Source of the DNA: Alphaproteobacteria bacterium
GTDB lineage: Bacteria > Pseudomonadota > Alphaproteobacteria > UBA7887
Direction of reading: 5' to 3'
Assembly (NCBI GenBank): GCA_028289725.1
Contig: JANQOH010000396.1
Coordinates: 1 to 59,835, forward strand
Length of the DNA: 59,835 nucleotides
Position 1 is the first letter of the stretch; every line of letters starts with the position of its first letter. The notes beneath the pieces were generated by a model. That model did no database searches. It was not told where the DNA came from and saw only the letters and a list, made by a program, of their open reading frames with translations. Shown here one piece after another: positions 8,545 through 18,514 of this stretch. A program made the position numbers and the translations under genes.

Positions 8545-9981
8545 ATGCTAATACGTCGTGACACACGTCCCGCCACGGGCAGGATATGGCGCTGTGCCGC
8601 CCTGATTGCGTTGGGTTTTTTGGCCGGTTGCGCGCCGCGGACCTATGAACCCGCGCCGCTGTCGACCGGCGAAATACTCGGTGGTCTCGAGAGCCGCAGC
8701 ATCACGGCGCCGAAGGTCCAGGAATTCCTTGCCGAATCCGGCGCGGACACCACTGACTGGCCGCCGTCCCGCTGGACGCTCGGCATGCTCGCCTTGGTCG
8801 CGGCTTATTACCATCCCGAACTGAAAGTCGCGCGGGCCGAGCAAGCCGTGTTTGAAGCCGCCGAAATCACCGCGCGGCGCCGTCTCAATCCGGGCATCGA
8901 GCCGGTGATCGAGCATCATTCGGAACCGGGTGCGCAATCAACACCTTGGAGTGTCGGTTTCGCGCTTCAGATCCCGATCGAAACCTCTGACAAACGAAGC
9001 GCCCGGATTGCCATCGCCGAAGCCAATACAGACGCGGCGCGTTTTCGGGTTGGCCAAACCGCGTGGCAGGTTCGGCGCACGATTCGGGAACGTTTCGTGG
9101 ACCTTTTTGCCGCTGAGGCTCGGGCGGTTCAGGTTGGCCGCGAGCTTGAGGTGCGTGGCCGCATGCTGGGCTTGCTCGAACGACGTCTCGCGCTTGGCGA
9201 AACCGATGCCGTAACAGTCGGCAGCGCGCGTTTGCTGCAGCAACAAGCGCAAACAGAATTGAACGCGACATCAAGGGACATCGCGGTTGCCCGCACCGCC
9301 TTGGCAACCGCTTTATCGCTCCCAGCTGAGGCCGTCGTTGAACTGACCATCGGAACGGATGCGTTGAGCCGATGGACCGCGCCCGCGTTCTCAGGCGACG
9401 CAATCCAGCGCAACGCGTTGCTCAATCGTTTGGACGTTCGGGAAGCGCTGGCGCGCTATGCGGCGGCGGAGGCGCGTCTGCGGCTGGAGGTTGCCCGCCA
9501 ATATCCGGATGTGACGCTTTCGCCAGGCTTCTTATGGGATCAGGGTGATTTGGTCTGGAGCGTCGGCGCCGCGATTCTCGCGCCCCTGCTCGACCTCAAC
9601 CAAGGACCTATTGCTGAGGCGGAAGCCGCGCGTCAGTTGGAAGCAGCGCGATTTATCGCACTGCAATCGCGTGTGCTCGGTGCCTTGGACATTGCGCAAG
9701 CGGCACATGTTGCCGCGGGCAACGCCCTGAACAATGCGCAATCGTTTTGGTTTGCCCAAGACACGCATCGCAACCGCATGAACCAGCAATTCGCGGCGGG
9801 CGAAGCCAGCCGATTGGGCGTGCTTGAAGCGGAATTGGCGCTTATCACGGCGGAGCGCGCCGTATTGGATGAACGTGTGAACGCGCTGCGGGCGTTCGGC
9901 TTGCTTGAGGATGCGGTGCAGCAGCCTCTGGACGAGGCGACGTTGTTTGGCGATCTCAGCGTCGCGGCGGAGCAAAACTAA
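8545..9981 (+). CDS. Outer-membrane efflux protein (TolC/CzcC family) lipoprotein
   Basis: Lipobox FLAGC follows a signal peptide. Two repeated OEP-type helical halves are present. It is the first gene of an OMF-MFP-RND operon, and its stop TAA overlaps the next ATG (TAATG). Confidence 0.85.
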   Translation: MLIRRDTRPATGRIWRCAALIALGFLAGCAPRTYEPAPLSTGEILGGLESRSITAPKVQEFLAESGADTTDWPPSRWTLGMLALVAAYYHPELKVARAEQAVFEAAEITARRRLNPGIEPVIEHHSEPGAQSTPWSVGFALQIPIETSDKRSARIAIAEANTDAARFRVGQTAWQVRRTIRERFVDLFAAEARAVQVGRELEVRGRMLGLLERRLALGETDAVTVGSARLLQQQAQTELNATSRDIAVARTALATALSLPAEAVVELTIGTDALSRWTAPAFSGDAIQRNALLNRLDVREALARYAAAEARLRLEVARQYPDVTLSPGFLWDQGDLVWSVGAAILAPLLDLNQGPIAEAEAARQLEAARFIALQSRVLGALDIAQAAHVAAGNALNNAQSFWFAQDTHRNRMNQQFAAGEASRLGVLEAELALITAERAVLDERVNALRAFGLLEDAVQQPLDEATLFGDLSVAAEQN

Positions 9982-11156
9982 TGTGGCGCCGGGCGATCTC
10001 CCTCCTCTGGCTGCTCGCCGCCGCGGTGGTCCTTTTCATTGGCTTTGCCTTGTTTGGCCGGCCGGACCAGGTGCACGAAAGTGTGGAACGCGCCGGCGAG
10101 CTGGCTTCGGCGGCGGGCGACCTCATTGCCGACCGTGACGCGGACGATGACGACGATGACGAAGGCGGAGCCAATCACGCCGCAATCGAAGACGACGATG
10201 ATGATGATAGGGACGACGATGACGAAGCCACGCGGGTGGTGGTCGTCGACGGTGTCCCCGTGGTTTTTCTTGACGACGAAGATAGACAACGCGTCGGCAT
10301 CGAGACGGCGATGCTCGCGCGCACAGAACATCGCGCGGAAATCGTCGCCATGGCTTCCGTGGTCGACATACAGCCGATGTTGGCGCATCGCGGACAGTGT
10401 TTGGGCGCGGTCTACGAGGTTGAACTGGCGCAAACACGATTGGCCGCGGCCGAGCGAGAGTACGAACGGTTGCGCAAGCTCAATCAAGACGACGGAAACG
10501 TTGCCGCGAAGCGCGTCCAAGAGGCCGAGGCGAAAGTTCAAATCGATCGTGTTTCCTTGAACCAATCCCAAGCTGCCTTGGACACGCTGGTCAACGAAGC
10601 GCGGCAAAGCTGGGGGCCCGTTCTCGCGGAGTGGCTGATTGGCGAACAAGTTCCGGCCCTCACCCGCCTGGTTGAGAATGAGGACGTCATGCTCTTGGTT
10701 GTCTTGCCGCGTGGCGAGTCCTTGCCCGCCGATGTGCCGCAAGCCTGGATCAGTAGCTTGCAAGACAATGGCGACCAACAGTTGGCGCACTTCCTATCGC
10801 GCGCACCCTACACGGATCGGTTGGCCCAGGGCGAAAGCTATTTCTATCGCACCGCCGCCGACGGCTTGCGCGCGGGCATGCGGGCCGAGGCGCGCATCGC
10901 GACCAATGCGGTTGCGGCCGACGGCGTGCTGATACCGGACAGTGCCGTGGTCTGGGCTCTGGGTCAGGCATGGGCCTACCTTGCGCTGGATGATGATCAT
11001 TTCGCGCGCATCCCCGTCGCGACGGATCGCGAACTTGCCGATGGCTGGTTCGTGACCGATGGCGTTGCGCCAGGAGAACGGATTGTCGTCACCGGCGCTC
11101 AGACGCTTTATGCGGAGGAGTTTCGCTGGCAGGTGTTTGAGGAAGACGATGATTGA
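9981..11156 (+). CDS. RND efflux periplasmic adaptor (membrane fusion protein) with N-terminal poly-Asp tract
   Basis: N-terminal TM anchor, alpha-hairpin segment (AQTRLAAAEREYERLRKL...AKRVQEAEAKVQIDRVSL) and C-terminal beta domains ending GAQTLYAEEFR. It lies between the OMF and RND genes. Confidence 0.75.
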   Translation: MWRRAISLLWLLAAAVVLFIGFALFGRPDQVHESVERAGELASAAGDLIADRDADDDDDDEGGANHAAIEDDDDDDRDDDDEATRVVVVDGVPVVFLDDEDRQRVGIETAMLARTEHRAEIVAMASVVDIQPMLAHRGQCLGAVYEVELAQTRLAAAEREYERLRKLNQDDGNVAAKRVQEAEAKVQIDRVSLNQSQAALDTLVNEARQSWGPVLAEWLIGEQVPALTRLVENEDVMLLVVLPRGESLPADVPQAWISSLQDNGDQQLAHFLSRAPYTDRLAQGESYFYRTAADGLRAGMRAEARIATNAVAADGVLIPDSAVVWALGQAWAYLALDDDHFARIPVATDRELADGWFVTDGVAPGERIVVTGAQTLYAEEFRWQVFEEDDD

Positions 11157-11201
11157 CCAACGGTCAATCGGCGTTACGGCGCGGCCCGGGAGCGATGCCT
11201 G

Positions 11202-14200
11202 ATGCTTGGCGCCATCGTTCGTTGGTCTATTCGGTTTCGCGGTCTGGTCGTCGCGCTCGCCTGCCTCATGCTGGCCTATGGCGGGTATCGTTTGGCCGGT
11301 GCCGGCCTCGATATTTTCCCTGAATTCTCGCCAAAGCTCGTCATCCTTCAGACCGAAGCGCACGGCCTTTCGGCGGAGGAAGTCGAGGTGCTGGTGACCC
11401 AGCCGATCGAAAGCGCACTCGGCGGTCTGGCGCGTCTCGAGTTTATGCGGTCGGAATCGATCCAAGGCCTTTCAGTCATCAATCTCATATTCGAAGAAGA
11501 CATGGATCTGCTCGAGGCCCGGCAATTGGTCTCGGAGCGCGTAGCGCGGGTCGGCGCTACATTGCCGGAGGGCTTGGGGCCGCCGGTGATGGTGCCCCTC
11601 ACCTCGTCCTCGGCAACCGTGAAAACCATCGGTTTTACCTCCGACACCATGTCGCTGATGGATCTGCGCACGATGGTCGAATGGAGCGTCGCGCCACGCT
11701 TGCTGCGTGTACTGGGCGTCGCGGATCTCAACATCTTTGGGGGTGACGAGCGCCAGCTCCAAGTCCGCGTGACGCCCGAAGCCTTGCGCCGGCACAATGT
11801 GAGCTTGTCGGCCTTGGCGGACGCGGCGGGCGCGGCAACCGGCGTGCGCGGTGCAGGCGTGATCCAAACCCCCAATCAGCAGATTGCATTGCGTACGGAT
11901 GGTTTGCCGCGCGACGCCGAAGATCTCGGACAAATCGTGGTCGCCGCCTCGGCCGCCGGGACCATCCGGATCGCCGACGTGGCGGAGGTCGCGTACGGGG
12001 CGGCGATACCGATCAGCAAAGCCCAGATTATGGGCCAGCCCGGCATTGTGGTGATGGTGATCGGGCAGCGCGGGGCGGACACTCTGGGCGTCAGCGATCA
12101 GCTCGAGGAGGCCCTCACGGAGTTCGACACCGTGTTACTCGATGCGGGCGTCACGCTTCACCCCAATTTGTTTCGGCCTGCCGACTACATTGAACGCTCG
12201 CTGGAGAACATCATTGGTCACCTGACAGTCGGCGGCCTGCTCGTGATCGGCGTGCTGCTCGTTTTCTTGTTCAACCTTCGCGCGGCGTTCATTTCCGCGA
12301 GCGCGATTCCGCTGTCCTTGATGGCGGCCGCGTTGGTGCTAATCGAAATGGGTGTGTCGCTGAACATCATGGTTCTCGGCGGGCTTGCGATCGCACTGGG
12401 TGAAGTGGTCGACGACGCCATTATCGACACAGAGAACATATTCCGCCGTTTGCGCGAGAACCGTTTGCGCGACGACCCCTTGCCGGACGATGAGGTCGTA
12501 TACCGCGCTTCGATGGAAGTGCGGAGTTCTGTCGTACACGCAACATTCATCGTAGCGCTGGTTTTCGTACCGCTCCTGACGTTGAGCGGCGTTGCGGGCC
12601 GCATGTTCGAGCCGCTGGGGATTGCTTATATCCTGGCAATCTTGGCATCGCTGCTGGTGGCGTTGACGGTCACACCGGCGCTCAGCGCGATGATGATTGT
12701 GGGACGGAATTTGAGCGCAATGGATCCGCCTGTCGTGCGCGCGATCAACCGCCCCTACGGCGGGATACTCAATGCAATCGGCCGGGTCCCGCGATTGACC
12801 AGCATCGCCATATTGGCCTTGTGCGGCTACGGCCTTGGATTGCTGCCCGGCCTTGGCGGCGAATTCCTGCCCGACCTGCGCGAGGGTCATTACATGATCC
12901 ACACGTCCGGTGTTCCCGGCACGTCGCTCGACGAGACCATTCGCACCGGCACGCAGATTACGCACGAAGTGCTTGAATTGCCCGGCGTGCGCTCCGTCTC
13001 GCAATGGGCCGGTCGCGCGGAGCGTGGCGCGGACACCTATGGCAGCCACTATTCGGAGTATGAGGTTGATCTGGAGCTGCTTTCGGGCCCCGAACAACAA
13101 GAAGTGCTTGAGGGTATCCGCGACATTTTGCGCGACTTTCCGGGCGTCTCTTTTGAAGCCAACACATTCCTGATCGAACGTGTCGACGAAACGATTTCCG
13201 GATACACCGCGCCGGTCGTGGTGAACATTTTCGGCAACGATCTCGACGAGCTCGATCGCAAGGCGCTTGAGATCGCACGGATCATGGAATCGATCCCCGG
13301 CGCGACCGACGTGCAGTTGCGCGCGCCGCCGGGGACGCCGGTGCTCGGCGTCCGATTGCAACCAGAGCGCTTGGCGCGCTGGGGTATCAAGCCGCTCACT
13401 GTGATGGAAGCTGTGCAGACCGCGTATGAAGGTCTTCAAGTCGGTGAGATTTACGAGGGCAACTGGGTGGTTCCCGTCGCCGTGGTGCTTGATCCCGTTG
13501 TGCGCAGCAAACCGACCTCGCTTGCGCGATTACCGATACCGGCAGCCGACGGCACGTTGGTCGCACTGGAAGAACTCGCCGACATTCAGCATCAATCCGG
13601 ACGCTATGCGATTTTGCGCTCCGGTGCGCAGCGCGTGCAGACCGTGACGGGCAACGTCTCGGGACGCGATTTGGCGTCGTATTTCAACGAGCTGAAATCG
13701 CGTGTCCGGGCCGAAGTGTCGCTCCCCGCGACCAGCTATTTGGAGTTCACCGGTTCCGCGGCGGCCCGCGCGGCATCTCAGGAAGAGCTCATCGTTCACT
13801 CGCTGCTCGCCGGCGTCGGCATCATGCTGATCCTTTTCGCGGCGCTCAAGAACGGCCGGAACACGCTGTTGGTCATGGTGAACTTGCCGTTCTCCTTGGT
13901 TGGGGGCGTGATCGCCGCGCTGGTAACCGGCGCCACGTTGTCGCTCGGATCGCTGATCGGTTTCGTGACTTTGTTTGGAATCACCTTGCGCAATTCGATC
14001 ATGCTGGTTTCGCACTACCAGCATTTGGTGGTCGACGAAGGTCGATCTTGGAATTTGAAGACCGCGATCGAAGGGGCGAAACATCGTCTGCCTTCGATCC
14101 TCATCACCGCGCTCGGCACGGCGCTTGCCATGCTGCCCATCGCCGTCGATAGCGACAATCCGGGCCGCGAGATCATGGGGCCCATGGCGGCGATCATTAT

Positions 14201-14357
14201 CGGCGGATTGGCCTCCTCGACCGCGCTCAATCTGCTCATCCTCCCCGCAATCATGCTCAGATTCGGCCGTTTCAAGCGTCGCGATGACGTCGCGGTCTCG
14301 ACGCACCGGAGCGAAGCCGGTATCACTGCCGCATCGCCGCTCACGCCCGGCGAATAG
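11202..14357 (+). CDS. RND efflux permease, CusA/CzcA-like (COG3696-type) inner-membrane transporter
   Basis: 1051 aa with 12-TM RND architecture. The N-terminus (DIFPEFSPKLVILQTEAHGLSAEEVEVLVTQPIE) resembles the CzcA/CusA family. The TM4 motif reads GEVVDDAIIDTEN. Confidence 0.9.
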   Translation: MLGAIVRWSIRFRGLVVALACLMLAYGGYRLAGAGLDIFPEFSPKLVILQTEAHGLSAEEVEVLVTQPIESALGGLARLEFMRSESIQGLSVINLIFEEDMDLLEARQLVSERVARVGATLPEGLGPPVMVPLTSSSATVKTIGFTSDTMSLMDLRTMVEWSVAPRLLRVLGVADLNIFGGDERQLQVRVTPEALRRHNVSLSALADAAGAATGVRGAGVIQTPNQQIALRTDGLPRDAEDLGQIVVAASAAGTIRIADVAEVAYGAAIPISKAQIMGQPGIVVMVIGQRGADTLGVSDQLEEALTEFDTVLLDAGVTLHPNLFRPADYIERSLENIIGHLTVGGLLVIGVLLVFLFNLRAAFISASAIPLSLMAAALVLIEMGVSLNIMVLGGLAIALGEVVDDAIIDTENIFRRLRENRLRDDPLPDDEVVYRASMEVRSSVVHATFIVALVFVPLLTLSGVAGRMFEPLGIAYILAILASLLVALTVTPALSAMMIVGRNLSAMDPPVVRAINRPYGGILNAIGRVPRLTSIAILALCGYGLGLLPGLGGEFLPDLREGHYMIHTSGVPGTSLDETIRTGTQITHEVLELPGVRSVSQWAGRAERGADTYGSHYSEYEVDLELLSGPEQQEVLEGIRDILRDFPGVSFEANTFLIERVDETISGYTAPVVVNIFGNDLDELDRKALEIARIMESIPGATDVQLRAPPGTPVLGVRLQPERLARWGIKPLTVMEAVQTAYEGLQVGEIYEGNWVVPVAVVLDPVVRSKPTSLARLPIPAADGTLVALEELADIQHQSGRYAILRSGAQRVQTVTGNVSGRDLASYFNELKSRVRAEVSLPATSYLEFTGSAAARAASQEELIVHSLLAGVGIMLILFAALKNGRNTLLVMVNLPFSLVGGVIAALVTGATLSLGSLIGFVTLFGITLRNSIMLVSHYQHLVVDEGRSWNLKTAIEGAKHRLPSILITALGTALAMLPIAVDSDNPGREIMGPMAAIIIGGLASSTALNLLILPAIMLRFGRFKRRDDVAVSTHRSEAGITAASPLTPGE

Positions 14358-14401
14358 GTCGTTACCTGGGCACTGTCCGCGGCCGAAGGGGAGGTTTCAT
14401 T

Positions 14402-15430
14402 ATGTCGAATGCCGTCAATCGGCGGGTCGTGCTTGCCGCGCGCCCGCAAGGCGAACCCAAGCCAAGTGATTTTCGCTTGGAAGATGCACCCGTGCCGGAT
14501 CCCGGCGCCGGCGAAATGCTCTGCCGGACCATTCATCTGTCGCTCGATCCTTACATGCGGGGCCGCATGAACGACGGCGCGAGCTACGCGGACCCGGTTC
14601 CGATCGATGGCGTGATGGAAGGCGGCACGGTGAGCCGGGTCGAAGCGTCGAACCTCGATGGCTATGCGGCTGGTGACATCGTCGTCGGGCGCGGCGGCTG
14701 GCAGAGCTTTCACATCTCCGATGGCGAGGGCATGCGGAAGGTGGATCCGTCCATCGCGCCGCTTTCTACCGCGCTTGGCGTGCTCGGCATGCCGGGCATG
14801 ACGGCCTACACCGGCCTACTGACCTTGGGCCAGCCGAAGGAAGGCGAGACCGTCGCGGTTGCCGCCGCTTCTGGTGCGGTCGGGAGTGTGGTCGGCCAAA
14901 TCGCCAAAATCAAAGGTTGTCGCGCGGTCGGCATAGCGGGCGGTCCCGAAAAATGCGCATTCGTGACGGACGAGCTCGGCTTTGATGCCTGCGTCGATCA
15001 TCGTGATCCGGATATGGCCGCCAAGCTAAAGGCGGCGTGCCCCGACGGTATCGATGTGTATTTCGAGAATGTCGGCGGGCCCGTATTGGAAGCGGTCATT
15101 CCGCTGATGAACATGTGGGGCCGCATCCCGGTCTGCGGCATGATCGCGCATTACAATGATCGTGGCCCCGGCCCCGGCCCGAACATGCTGCCGATGATGA
15201 TGATGCGCATTTTGGTGCAACGTTTGACCCTACGCGGCTTCATCGTGCGCGATTTCGCCGACCAAGCGGCCGACTTTTTGCGTGACGTGAGCGGCTGGAT
15301 ACGCGAAGGCAAAATCAAATATCGCGAAGACTTTATCGACGGGCTTGAGAACGCGCCGGAAGGCCTCATCGGCTTATTGAAAGGCAAGAACTTCGGCAAG
15401 CTCGTGGTTCGCGTCTCGGACGAAACCTGA
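14402..15430 (+). CDS. NADP-dependent oxidoreductase, medium-chain dehydrogenase/reductase (YncB/CurA, alkenal reductase-like)
   Basis: 342 aa. Nucleotide motif AAASGAVGSVVGQIAK. C-terminal KGKNFGKLVVRV is typical of this MDR subgroup. GGGGAGG SD lies before the ATG. Confidence 0.85.
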   Translation: MSNAVNRRVVLAARPQGEPKPSDFRLEDAPVPDPGAGEMLCRTIHLSLDPYMRGRMNDGASYADPVPIDGVMEGGTVSRVEASNLDGYAAGDIVVGRGGWQSFHISDGEGMRKVDPSIAPLSTALGVLGMPGMTAYTGLLTLGQPKEGETVAVAAASGAVGSVVGQIAKIKGCRAVGIAGGPEKCAFVTDELGFDACVDHRDPDMAAKLKAACPDGIDVYFENVGGPVLEAVIPLMNMWGRIPVCGMIAHYNDRGPGPGPNMLPMMMMRILVQRLTLRGFIVRDFADQAADFLRDVSGWIREGKIKYREDFIDGLENAPEGLIGLLKGKNFGKLVVRVSDET

Positions 15431-15455
15431 TTGCGGTAAGGAAGGCAGGGGCACC

Positions 15456-16298
15456 ATGGCTTACGACGAGATTCTCTATGATGTCAGCGACAAGGTCGCG
15501 ACCATCACGCTTAACCGGCCGGACCGTTTGAACGCTTGGACGTCCGTCATGGAGCGGGAGGTCCGCCACGCGATGGCTGAAGCGGCAGGCGACGCATCGG
15601 TCGGCGCCATCATTCTGACCGGCGCGGGCCGCGGCTTTTGCGCGGGCGCCGATATGAGCTTGCTTTCGAGCGTCGACAATCAATCGCCGGAAGAGCGCGC
15701 GGCGGCGGCCAAGAGAATGGCCGACGAAACGCCGATTCCGGGGCGCTTGAGCCTGTCCGATGATTTCTCGACGCGCTACACCTACTTCCCCTCGGTGCCC
15801 AAGCCGATCATTGCCGCGATTAACGGTCCAGCGGCCGGTCTTGGACTCATCATGTCGCTTTACGCCGACATGCGTTTCGCAGCTGAGGGCGCGGTCTTCA
15901 CCACAGCTTTTTCCCGGCGCGGCCTCATTGCTGAGCATGGCATCGATTGGATCTTGCCGCGCATCGTTGGCTTTCCGAACGCGCTCGACTTGCTTTTGTC
16001 GGCCCGCAAAATCGATAGCGACGCGGCGCTAAGCATGGGACTGGTGAATGACGTTTTCCCAGCCGACGCTTTCATGGGCGATGTCTTGAACTATGCCAAG
16101 GAACTCGCCAACAAAGTGTCGCCGCGGTCGATGCGGGTCATGAAGGAACAGCTTTACGGAACGCAGATGTCGCGTGATCTTGGCGCCGCGGTCACCAACG
16201 GCAATGCCGAGATGCTCGAGAGCTTCGCCAGCGAGGATTTCAAGGAAGGCGTCGCGCATTTCGTTGAGCAACGCGCGCCGGCTTTTACGGGCCGCTAA
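15456..16298 (+). CDS. Enoyl-CoA hydratase/isomerase (crotonase) family protein
   Basis: ITLNRPDRLNAW..., the oxyanion-hole segment GAGRGFCAGADM, and INGPAAGLG. Confidence 0.85.
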   Translation: MAYDEILYDVSDKVATITLNRPDRLNAWTSVMEREVRHAMAEAAGDASVGAIILTGAGRGFCAGADMSLLSSVDNQSPEERAAAAKRMADETPIPGRLSLSDDFSTRYTYFPSVPKPIIAAINGPAAGLGLIMSLYADMRFAAEGAVFTTAFSRRGLIAEHGIDWILPRIVGFPNALDLLLSARKIDSDAALSMGLVNDVFPADAFMGDVLNYAKELANKVSPRSMRVMKEQLYGTQMSRDLGAAVTNGNAEMLESFASEDFKEGVAHFVEQRAPAFTGR

Positions 16299-16299
16299 G

Positions 16300-17484
16300 T
16301 CAGAACGCGCGGACCGCGACTTCCGCGCCTTTCTGGTCGGCGGACACATAGGCGCTGTAGATCGTTGAGATGCAATCCGCGGCGAGCGCCGAGTCGCTTT
16401 CGACGTCCTCGCCATAGGCGACCGTGCGGTAAAACGCCTCGATCTCTTGCGGAAATCCGGTGAAGTGATCTTCATCGGGCGCGGTAAACGCCCAGCCCTG
16501 CTTTGTGCCGGTTTTTTCGACGACATAAATGTCTTTGAACTGCGCCTCAACCGGATTGTAGGTCTGCATCGCGGTGTTCGGGTTAATGTTGCAGATCGCC
16601 CGATGATTGTTGGCGCACACCTCCAGCCAATTGTGGATGCCGCCCATGACGATTTCGGACGCGAAAATGTCCGCGATCGTCCCGTCCTCGAACACCACAT
16701 GCATGACCGAGAAGTCTTCAATGTCGTGATAGTCGGCGCGCAGGTGGCCCTGATCGACAAAGCCATCCAGCTTGGTGAGAGCGTGCGTTCGCGCGCTCAC
16801 CGCCGCTGGCCGGATCGGTTGGCCGTTGCGGGCCCGACCCTCGACGCGTTTGAGGTACAACGCCGCGGTCAGAGGATGGCACCCCTTGCCGACCATGGAG
16901 CCGCCGCCCGCCAAGCGCCAAAAACCATAGGCGCGCGAATGCGACCCGGAATGCGCCTCTTCGCCGTGCTGCCAGAGAATTTGCGCACCGGTTTTTTCGA
17001 TGATTTCGCGTTCTTTTTGAATGGCCGGCGCATAGACCCAGTTCTCGGCGTAAAGGATGCGGCCTTTGCTCTTGCTTTCCGCCTCCAACATCCGGTCGAT
17101 GCTGGCGAGCGCTTCGTCGAGCATCGGTTGTTTCGGCGCGGTTTGGCCATCGAAACTTTCTGATCCGTCGCCGAACGAACCGGTCAACGGTTTTTCGACA
17201 ATGGCGAATTTGTCGCGGCTCAACGCCTGGATGGCGACGTCTTCGTGGATTGCCGGCGGCGCACAAACGTGAACGACGTCCGCCTTGTCGACCACTTCAT
17301 CCAGACTGGTTGCCACCGGGAGATCGTGCGCAGCGGCAAATTTCTGCGCGTTCGCTTGGGTCGCCGAGTAAACGCCGACCACGTCGACGTGGGTGCCAAA
17401 GACCCGCGCCATCGCCTCGATGTGAAGCGAAGCCGCGAAACCTGACCCGACAATGCCGGCGCGTACCGTTGCTTTTTTTTGCAA
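16300..17484 (-). CDS. Gfo/Idh/MocA family NAD(P)-dependent oxidoreductase
   Basis: Rossmann N-terminus VRAGIVGSGFAASLHIEA. I place the start at TTG 17482-17484, 6 nt after GGGAGGG on the minus strand. The ORF-track ATG at 17547 has no SD. Confidence 0.85.
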   Translation of the reverse strand: MQKKATVRAGIVGSGFAASLHIEAMARVFGTHVDVVGVYSATQANAQKFAAAHDLPVATSLDEVVDKADVVHVCAPPAIHEDVAIQALSRDKFAIVEKPLTGSFGDGSESFDGQTAPKQPMLDEALASIDRMLEAESKSKGRILYAENWVYAPAIQKEREIIEKTGAQILWQHGEEAHSGSHSRAYGFWRLAGGGSMVGKGCHPLTAALYLKRVEGRARNGQPIRPAAVSARTHALTKLDGFVDQGHLRADYHDIEDFSVMHVVFEDGTIADIFASEIVMGGIHNWLEVCANNHRAICNINPNTAMQTYNPVEAQFKDIYVVEKTGTKQGWAFTAPDEDHFTGFPQEIEAFYRTVAYGEDVESDSALAADCISTIYSAYVSADQKGAEVAVRAF

Positions 17485-17624
17485 GATTATCCCTCCCCGA
17501 TATTCGAATGCACCGTCATGCCGGTGTGGTGTGAAGAAAGCCCCCAATTTGGCTTAGAATGCTAACTTTCCGGTTGGCGCACGGTCAAACCGTCGTGTCG
17601 GACAGTCGATTGGGAGGGGAGCCT

Positions 17625-18470
17625 GTGGCAGGCGATCGTGGTGCGTTCGGCGTCAATACATACGGCTACATCTATTCGCATGAGGCAACGGCGTGCCTGT
17701 CGCATCTGGCCGACCTCGGTTATCGCGATATCGAACTGATGATGTATCCGGGGCATGTTTGGCCGGCCGACCTTTCGGCGTCGGATCGGCGCGCATTGTT
17801 GCGCGTGATTAATGATCGCGGGCTTCGCCTGCGCACATTGAATATGCCGAATCTCGACCTCAACATCGCCGCCGCAAACCCGGAAATGCGCGCGTTGAGT
17901 CTCAAAAACCTACTGGAAATAATTGAATTGGCGGGAGAATTAGGGTGCCCTGGGGTGGTGCTGGGTCCGGGTAAGCCAAACCCTCTATTCCCCAACCCAC
18001 CGGATCACCTCATGGGGTGGTTTCACGCGGGGCTCGACGCCTTGATACCGGCTGCCGCAAAGGCCGGGACACGATTGCTCGCGGAAAATATGCCGTTCGG
18101 ATTCCTGCCGCGCGCGGATCAGATGATGGAAGCACTCGCCGCGTATGGCGGCGATGAAGTCGGAATTGTTTACGATGTCGCAAATGCCGTGTTCGCACGG
18201 GAGGATCCTATTGCGGGTCTGAACCGCGTCAGAGACAAGCTTGAACTGGTCCACTTATCGGATACGGGTCTGGATGCGTATCGCCATGACCCGGTTGGTC
18301 GCGGCGTCGTGAATTTCGCCCAATTTGCGGACGGCCTGAACACGGTGGGTTATACCGGTGCCGCGATGCTTGAAATTATCGCCGAGCAACCGGACCGAGA
18401 AATCGCCGAAAGCGCGGATCAACTGCTCGAGATGGCGCCTTGGCAAACCTTCTTCACGCGGTCCGTCTAG
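17625..18470 (+). CDS. Sugar phosphate isomerase/epimerase (xylose isomerase-like TIM barrel) family protein
   Basis: AP-endonuclease-2/xylose-isomerase-like TIM pattern (GYRDIEL..., ENMPF, LVHLSD). The GTG at 17625 is preceded by GGGAGGGGAG. Confidence 0.8.
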   Translation: MAGDRGAFGVNTYGYIYSHEATACLSHLADLGYRDIELMMYPGHVWPADLSASDRRALLRVINDRGLRLRTLNMPNLDLNIAAANPEMRALSLKNLLEIIELAGELGCPGVVLGPGKPNPLFPNPPDHLMGWFHAGLDALIPAAAKAGTRLLAENMPFGFLPRADQMMEALAAYGGDEVGIVYDVANAVFAREDPIAGLNRVRDKLELVHLSDTGLDAYRHDPVGRGVVNFAQFADGLNTVGYTGAAMLEIIAEQPDREIAESADQLLEMAPWQTFFTRSV

Positions 18471-18514
18471 GACTGTGACTGCAAACACTGTCTCCAAAAA
18501 TGCGGGAGCCCAAA

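Noticed and set aside
9978-10790. 270-aa minus-strand ORF antisense to the RND adaptor gene, plus 12339-13439 and 13530-14306 antisense to the RND permease
   Set aside because: These are typical high-GC antisense open frames with Arg/His/Gln-rich translations and no motifs. The sense genes are strongly supported.
16029-16766. 245-aa minus-strand ORF spanning the end of the hydratase gene and the start of the Gfo/Idh/MocA gene region; similar cases at 26068-26835 and 38431-39153
   Set aside because: Ser/Arg/Thr/Pro-rich low-complexity translations overlap two well-supported genes. These are high-GC artefacts.
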